Virus record (IMG/VR): IMGVR_UViG_3300035517_000038
Span: 40,924-104,923 of that record
DNA: 64,000 nucleotides
Direction: 5' to 3' (one strand)
From: a virus
Lineage: Duplodnaviria > Caudoviricetes
Shown: piece by piece, positions 61,001 to 64,000 of the stretch
Layout of the letters: the number at the start of each line of letters is the position of its first letter
Position numbering within the stretch: position 1 is the stretch's first letter
The notes under the pieces: model-generated
The model's input: only the letters and a program-made list of their open reading frames with translations
Databases searched by the model: none
What the model was told of the DNA's origin: nothing
Program-made: the position numbers and the translations under genes

Positions 61001-62685
61001 AAAGCATCACCAAAGGTATCACCTTCCTGAATAGAATAACTAATAGTCAAATTAGTTAATGTATTATCCCTAAGAGTGAGGGTGTTAGCACCAACATACA
61101 ACATATGGTCTTTGATTACTATACCTGTTTGAGGTACATAATCAAGAGTCTCATCATATAAAGTTGCAAATTGGAATATGGTTCTATAATCATCAGGATG
61201 GAAATCTGCCTTATAACATATTGATAATGTAAATGTTGGAGTAGATTTACTTGTTAATATATTATAGAATGATGACCTACCAGACTCAGGTGTGATGGTT
61301 GCATAAGACGTATTTTGTAATCTGAGTCTGCGTTTTTCAGCATCAATAGATTCTGAATAAGTATTAACATTACCAATAGTTAATTCTGTAGCATAGGAGG
61401 CTTGAGAATCTGTCCATTGTTTATTCTCTATAATACCATTATATGTTATATAGTCAAAAAGCTTATTAGCACTCTGTCCATTGTCTAATAGGTCATAACT
61501 AGATTGCTGAGTAATTATATAAAACTCTTGTGAATATCTCTTAAGACCTGTACCTTGGTCCTCAATAGCTATAATAATTTTTACAGTAGTACCAAAAGCA
61601 ACATTAGCCAACTTGTAACTACCGTTAGGATAATTAGTATTATAGGAATTATAGGAAGTAACCTCTTCAAAATTAACATCATCTAAAGCTATATTATCAA
61701 GACTTGAATAAATTTTAGCCTTGTAAGAAACACCATCATAATATACAGTATAAGGAACTTGCACAACTGTTTCTCCACCACTTGTTACATACACAGGAGT
61801 AGGAGAACTGCTGGAGCTACTTAAAGCTGTACATTGAATAACAGGGGTATCAGTTACAATAGTAATATAAGAGGTTATATAATCTGATATAATAGTATTA
61901 TCTTCACAGTTTATAATCCTAGAAATCAAAGTGTTAGAACCTACCGACAACCCAAGAGTTGTATAAATATCACCAACATTAACTTCAATTTCACCTGAAG
62001 TTGTTTTTAATTCAACACCAGGAGATACTACTACACCATTAATCTCTAAATCATATCTGCCTAAAACACCTACAGTATAATTAAATACAATAGACTTAGA
62101 ATCAAATTCATCAAAATTGTAACTGAAGTTACCAACACTCAAAGAGGAGTTGGCTATATTAACGACACCTGTCCAATAAATATTCTGCAAAGTAGAAGGA
62201 TTTGTAGCAGTAATATTAAGAGTAACCTGACTCTTTGTAATACCTGCATTGGTTAACTCCTTTTTGGTCAATGTAGTTTCTTTACCAGGAGATATACTGT
62301 TTATACTTTTAACAGCAGTGTTATCAACTCTAATAGAGAGATTCCATTTAGAGGATGAGTCACTTGCCTGTATCTGAATACTAATAGATTCTTTTAAAGT
62401 TACATTATTGCCTGTAGTATAACCATTAACAACAATGTTATTATTAGTATCAACAGAACCTCCGCCAGAACCTGAACCAGAGCCTCCTCCACCATGTTTA
62501 GCTAACCAAGAAACATTACCCTTTAATGTTTTAATATCTGTAGCAAAGTCATTTAAAATCTTTTCTACATTTGTTTGCTCAATCCCCTCAGGGAGAAGAT
62601 TGGGGCTTTTAACCCCAATCTCACTAGCCTGAGAAGAAGCTATGGTTTTCCAAATACCATCAACTTTCTTCTTTAGTGTTCCCAT
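55027..62685 (-). CDS. giant multidomain fibre-like protein: Ig-like region, LamG/ConA-like lectin, CotH-like kinase, LRR, DUF285-like repeats
   Basis: 2552 aa; FVYVDGVLE and DIYRVTLY..L (LamG-like); VQGTST, LKADIVDSS, GIEGFP, LLDNFQKN, YDTD (CotH-like); LxxLxLxxCxxL repeats; MFxx repeats. Confidence 0.72.
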   Translation of the reverse strand: MGTLKKKVDGIWKTIASSQASEIGVKSPNLLPEGIEQTNVEKILNDFATDIKTLKGNVSWLAKHGGGGSGSGSGGGSVDTNNNIVVNGYTTGNNVTLKESISIQIQASDSSSKWNLSIRVDNTAVKSINSISPGKETTLTKKELTNAGITKSQVTLNITATNPSTLQNIYWTGVVNIANSSLSVGNFSYNFDEFDSKSIVFNYTVGVLGRYDLEINGVVVSPGVELKTTSGEIEVNVGDIYTTLGLSVGSNTLISRIINCEDNTIISDYITSYITIVTDTPVIQCTALSSSSSSPTPVYVTSGGETVVQVPYTVYYDGVSYKAKIYSSLDNIALDDVNFEEVTSYNSYNTNYPNGSYKLANVAFGTTVKIIIAIEDQGTGLKRYSQEFYIITQQSSYDLLDNGQSANKLFDYITYNGIIENKQWTDSQASYATELTIGNVNTYSESIDAEKRRLRLQNTSYATITPESGRSSFYNILTSKSTPTFTLSICYKADFHPDDYRTIFQFATLYDETLDYVPQTGIVIKDHMLYVGANTLTLRDNTLTNLTISYSIQEGDTFGDAFVYVDGVLEAAFKIEPSVILPKQATTIYLGCSEKDGTTIHYCDTDIYRVTLYKSCLTPYEILYDYLNTQAYVNLTTSGLLDSSYIQEGLKRNFISTAEDGTHTSLLWSSTADFNNNKDNFSSCFNVGNLVGGEPVKLKDTLSNYDIPIPIMLIDVSSADAWTWQNFITPNSGLNTVTGCSFQYLDQTQSNNEVISGYVDVSVQGTSTLADFIKNLNITFADGTVFIPKKNWFPETTYTLKADIVDSSHSLNASIGKFVNEELGFKYNEDGTLASTDAWYPYSETVATAFKEKKQDKSSAIQKYFPHANLKHGIEGFPVFVIMQFAGNTTATLGIYQFILGRNSPRNLGYEIINKVTGMTEGITYPYYNNNVQIETQTIKGYWVEMTENNSFGVDDNFQEINDSTEFSNTKFTGAFWQNDGLGSANHGTYYDKVAEIKYTNLGQNAVSSLYDFEPFAEFVNSVQKLPVTNRRYSKRTSSVLQRNSYFNIDYPKYLFKEIGSTTSWSSVTGESNHIANTGDELEEYVKNLNIESITKYFVICMFFGLLDNFQKNMPLKFYQDSNGNWEKAILGIYDTDSGAGATNEADVKVASYLWLCPFKNVDNQLVETSESSDDNVVTNIIGNSCKLWYLDSDALNYTLYGDSGREGSIFTSQWYSLISKLGAAALTDLVTKFMDEYFIPQTEGCGELLFNLTYFTKYLNKYTQNGVDVNQYSKLHGRRISQVRSWMTDRVKFLDSMFTAMGTTSVQQTIVPGSVNITAGSAPTFNITTNNSMILSVDSQGSNNEFVFVNKNVETDVYWGAESTTSQQVSHTISYPATLQKLGNDEYSLSDIYYQKLQGSIPNLTEYNVSNCSKLESLNADGMDSFKQNGSSELRIIDATNTAKTSTSGFNYILNLQSGFQKLQELNIKNSCVTQIELPTNPCIPLSYIDVTGSQLTKLNLESQNLIETLDLTNCSKLTTVTITNCEKFKSLTLDKTQSALTSVSINSDTFETFVCENNSSITSVVINSSSLKSVKITGCSKLASVLVNGTSLTELNLSNNPKLDTLTINKPRSTMNTLNLYGTALKTIYYDTDNTSTNTMDLSKFEAIVNLNLNANSALEYLQFSNQSIPFALNSSFSSCPNLTRIFGNVSLGASGMFSGCTKFSLFGTDVESVQFKGKSVYDTKNKKVLHPTEISGVTSNSKMVQQYQGSAGYSNFSVGTTSLASMFKSTSCTLWDVYYILYQCTDKVTNLASAFYTLKNTISGTTHGFLHRNTFINCTGVTSLNATFYGSLSAMLLYSPTFEESGDDVVVTEDNGLFSPLVKCTDINYAFTGTYYIDRGFFKRKPGGVSYALTSVSNFNPALVVSNLNDFSTLDALKSITSLVSSHPNIGNFNGFFDYTPNVTSITGSFRSCGYINFDKSGTFLPSKLTNITGSFSFTYGEGTIDFPTMLKAPGLITTISGSFNVSSSNTYDCYFYLSNDTFKGMVKLATWNYDSTYTYLHNVYSSGIKRVISGSEFPYSIFSPCKNTITSATYLFYNTQKNENLGVVELPGSLFLETTKMSNIAGCFASFNNSFVLTSEGFKNCTNLTNVSALFYRDSSADCMNTGCIPNKFFYQGKLADKTYTYTFLDPDSAIDPTKYTVAEDGSLIYPTIPEEMTETITFTVPQYRANITNIEGCFRGFSADSYENPSPEIENNPNYMPFKYYLKNGVWLKADTNNAEYTYAWEFDGMNHIADYDKHPENYETYDDDFDANTITTKTFRGLTLNNGGLRYCAPPDLLRYCSSSLTNVDSLFRDTYKALTSQTQISEVWKYSGIKGRICPYMFKPVPNITSMQYMFYGCLLIDCYTYESYTYLIPKSFFKYTSNLTDMSYAFSNNVVPYNINLDVFSAGANYKKTLNVDYMFYRLFYNTTASNSAYIGQIFKGISTNKLKACFAQHDTSDPSGSSGNSQQYITFDAVFDKNKIGSGNDTFVFNCYSKDYVTFSNPTLRTLESAYNYYYSDRTYPEF

Positions 62686-63998
62686 TAATATGTAATAGTA
62701 ATATTAGTATTGTCGATAGTTTTTAAGAAATCAGTTGAAAAACTTGTATTCTGATTATTAATATCAAATGCTACAGGTTTATTAGAACTATTTCTTGTAT
62801 ATACATTAGTTACAGCATACGATGTAGATTTAAGAGTAGAACCTGAAACTTCGAGATAATTGAACATCGGGTAATACTGAGCCTCATTTGCTGTAAGAGT
62901 AGTACCGTTGGTAGTAGCAGGATAATATTGCTTTAACCATTTAATACCAGAACCAGGAAGTTCTTTATTAGATACAAGTTTATAACCAGTAGCTTGAGAC
63001 ATTAAGTAAGTAACACCCGCAGAGTGATTAACACTTGGATTGTCATAGTCTACAGTTCTTGTACTACCTGAAACAGTAATATTTTCATAAGTAGGATAAG
63101 ACAAACTGTAAGTATGTTTATGACCTCCTAAGCATAATTTATATGCATGATTTTGGAAGAACTCAGAAAAACAGCAACCGCCTGTGTAATTAGTGCTATC
63201 AGAAGTCTCTGTTTTAGAAACACCTGCTGAGAAATCCTCATTCAGCTTAGAACCACTTGTAGCAGTTCTTGCAGTACCTACTGCAGTAGCAGTATCTGCT
63301 ACAGTAATGCAGAAAGGAATTTCATGGCAATAAACTACGTTCTTTCTAGTGCTACCATATCTCTCATAATCCTTTTGCATCCACTTGTACATATTGTAGA
63401 AAGCATGAGCCTTAAAGCTTGTTGCCTTATTAGAGTCGTTATAATAACACTTGTAAGTGTTAGTAGCAAACTCCGAATTTAAACAGGTAAAGTGATAATC
63501 ACCATAATTAAAAGAATAAAGAGAGGGCATATAGTAAGTAAAGTAGTTATCCCCATACTCAATAACATCTCCCATATTAGCAGCATCTAAACCTGAATCT
63601 ACATACTTAAAGATTGCAGGATTATCTGTATCTAATTCAAAGCAGAAGTAATACATAATATTCTTATGATTAATTTTATAAGTGCCTGCAGTACCATCAC
63701 CTAATTCATAAGGAGTAGTACCACAAAGGTCATTGTTACCAATAGAGTACATTTCCTCTACACCTTCTAAGAAAGTGTCTCTACCAGCAAAATAATCTAA
63801 CCATTCATTTTCTCTGTTACCATTCTGTGTAGCATCTCCAGTGTTAATAGTAAAGTTAGGAGAGAAGTTTTGACACATTGCCCACACAGATTTAGTCCAT
63901 GCTTGATATTCATAAAAATTAAAAGCTTGTTGGTCAGTAGTATGTGCTACAGCAAAATTAGCAACTTGACTATCTGATTTAACATTAAAAGATTTCCA
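62685..63998 (-). CDS. calcineurin-like/purple-acid-phosphatase-type metallophosphoesterase domain protein (5' truncated)
   Basis: Frame open to window edge (...AHTTDQQ...); motifs TDQQ, TGDATQNG, GNND, HEIPF, GHKH; TAATG coupling to the giant gene. Confidence 0.85.
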   Translation of the reverse strand, partial: WKSFNVKSDSQVANFAVAHTTDQQAFNFYEYQAWTKSVWAMCQNFSPNFTINTGDATQNGNRENEWLDYFAGRDTFLEGVEEMYSIGNNDLCGTTPYELGDGTAGTYKINHKNIMYYFCFELDTDNPAIFKYVDSGLDAANMGDVIEYGDNYFTYYMPSLYSFNYGDYHFTCLNSEFATNTYKCYYNDSNKATSFKAHAFYNMYKWMQKDYERYGSTRKNVVYCHEIPFCITVADTATAVGTARTATSGSKLNEDFSAGVSKTETSDSTNYTGGCCFSEFFQNHAYKLCLGGHKHTYSLSYPTYENITVSGSTRTVDYDNPSVNHSAGVTYLMSQATGYKLVSNKELPGSGIKWLKQYYPATTNGTTLTANEAQYYPMFNYLEVSGSTLKSTSYAVTNVYTRNSSNKPVAFDINNQNTSFSTDFLKTIDNTNITITY

Positions 63999-64000
63999 CT

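Noticed and set aside
264-62632. Short antisense/overlapping ORFs in the track (e.g. 264-641, 7438-7836, 22088-22420, 57812-58174)
   Set aside because: They are shadows of long genes on the opposite strand or frame, with no motifs or expression signals.
1-64000. Stop-codon reassignment (TAG/TGA) as in some crAss lineages
   Set aside because: Multi-kb ORFs are intact under code 11; the only fragmented gene (MCP) is fully explained by introns.
1-64000. CRISPR array, tRNA or rRNA genes
   Set aside because: No regularly spaced repeats or cloverleaf seen; intergenic gaps are short and explained by terminators and promoters. tRNAscan was not run.

Overview
The window is an AT-rich, densely coding 64 kb section of a crAss-like phage (Crassvirales; gene order resembles PhiCrAss001/Steigviridae as recalled, standard genetic code), probably infecting a Bacteroidota host. 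The + strand (1-14116) carries the end of a nucleotide-metabolism block (ThyX), a 2807-aa virion RNA polymerase and a 1346-aa cargo protein. These converge at a bidirectional terminator on the - strand late module. That module holds the cargo proteins, muzzle, ring proteins, IHF-like protein, auxiliary capsid protein, major capsid protein (MCP), scaffold, an unknown-function cluster, the lysis cassette and giant fibre-like proteins. The MCP gene is split by three group I introns, each with a homing endonuclease; splice sites could be placed to the nucleotide and give a 504-aa spliced product. Main candidates for new biology: (i) a putative ADP-ribosylation writer/eraser pair built into ejected virion proteins (ART-like domain in the 3260-aa cargo, NADAR-like domain in the vRNAP); (ii) terminal cysteines on the three giant cargo proteins, suggesting head-to-tail linkage; (iii) a coupled metallophosphoesterase + CotH-like kinase/lectin/LRR giant pair; (iv) a family of unrecognised paralogues inside a regulated unknown-function operon; (v) host-type promoters embedded in terminator hairpins. 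All family calls come from motif recognition and synteny by eye; no database searches were run.
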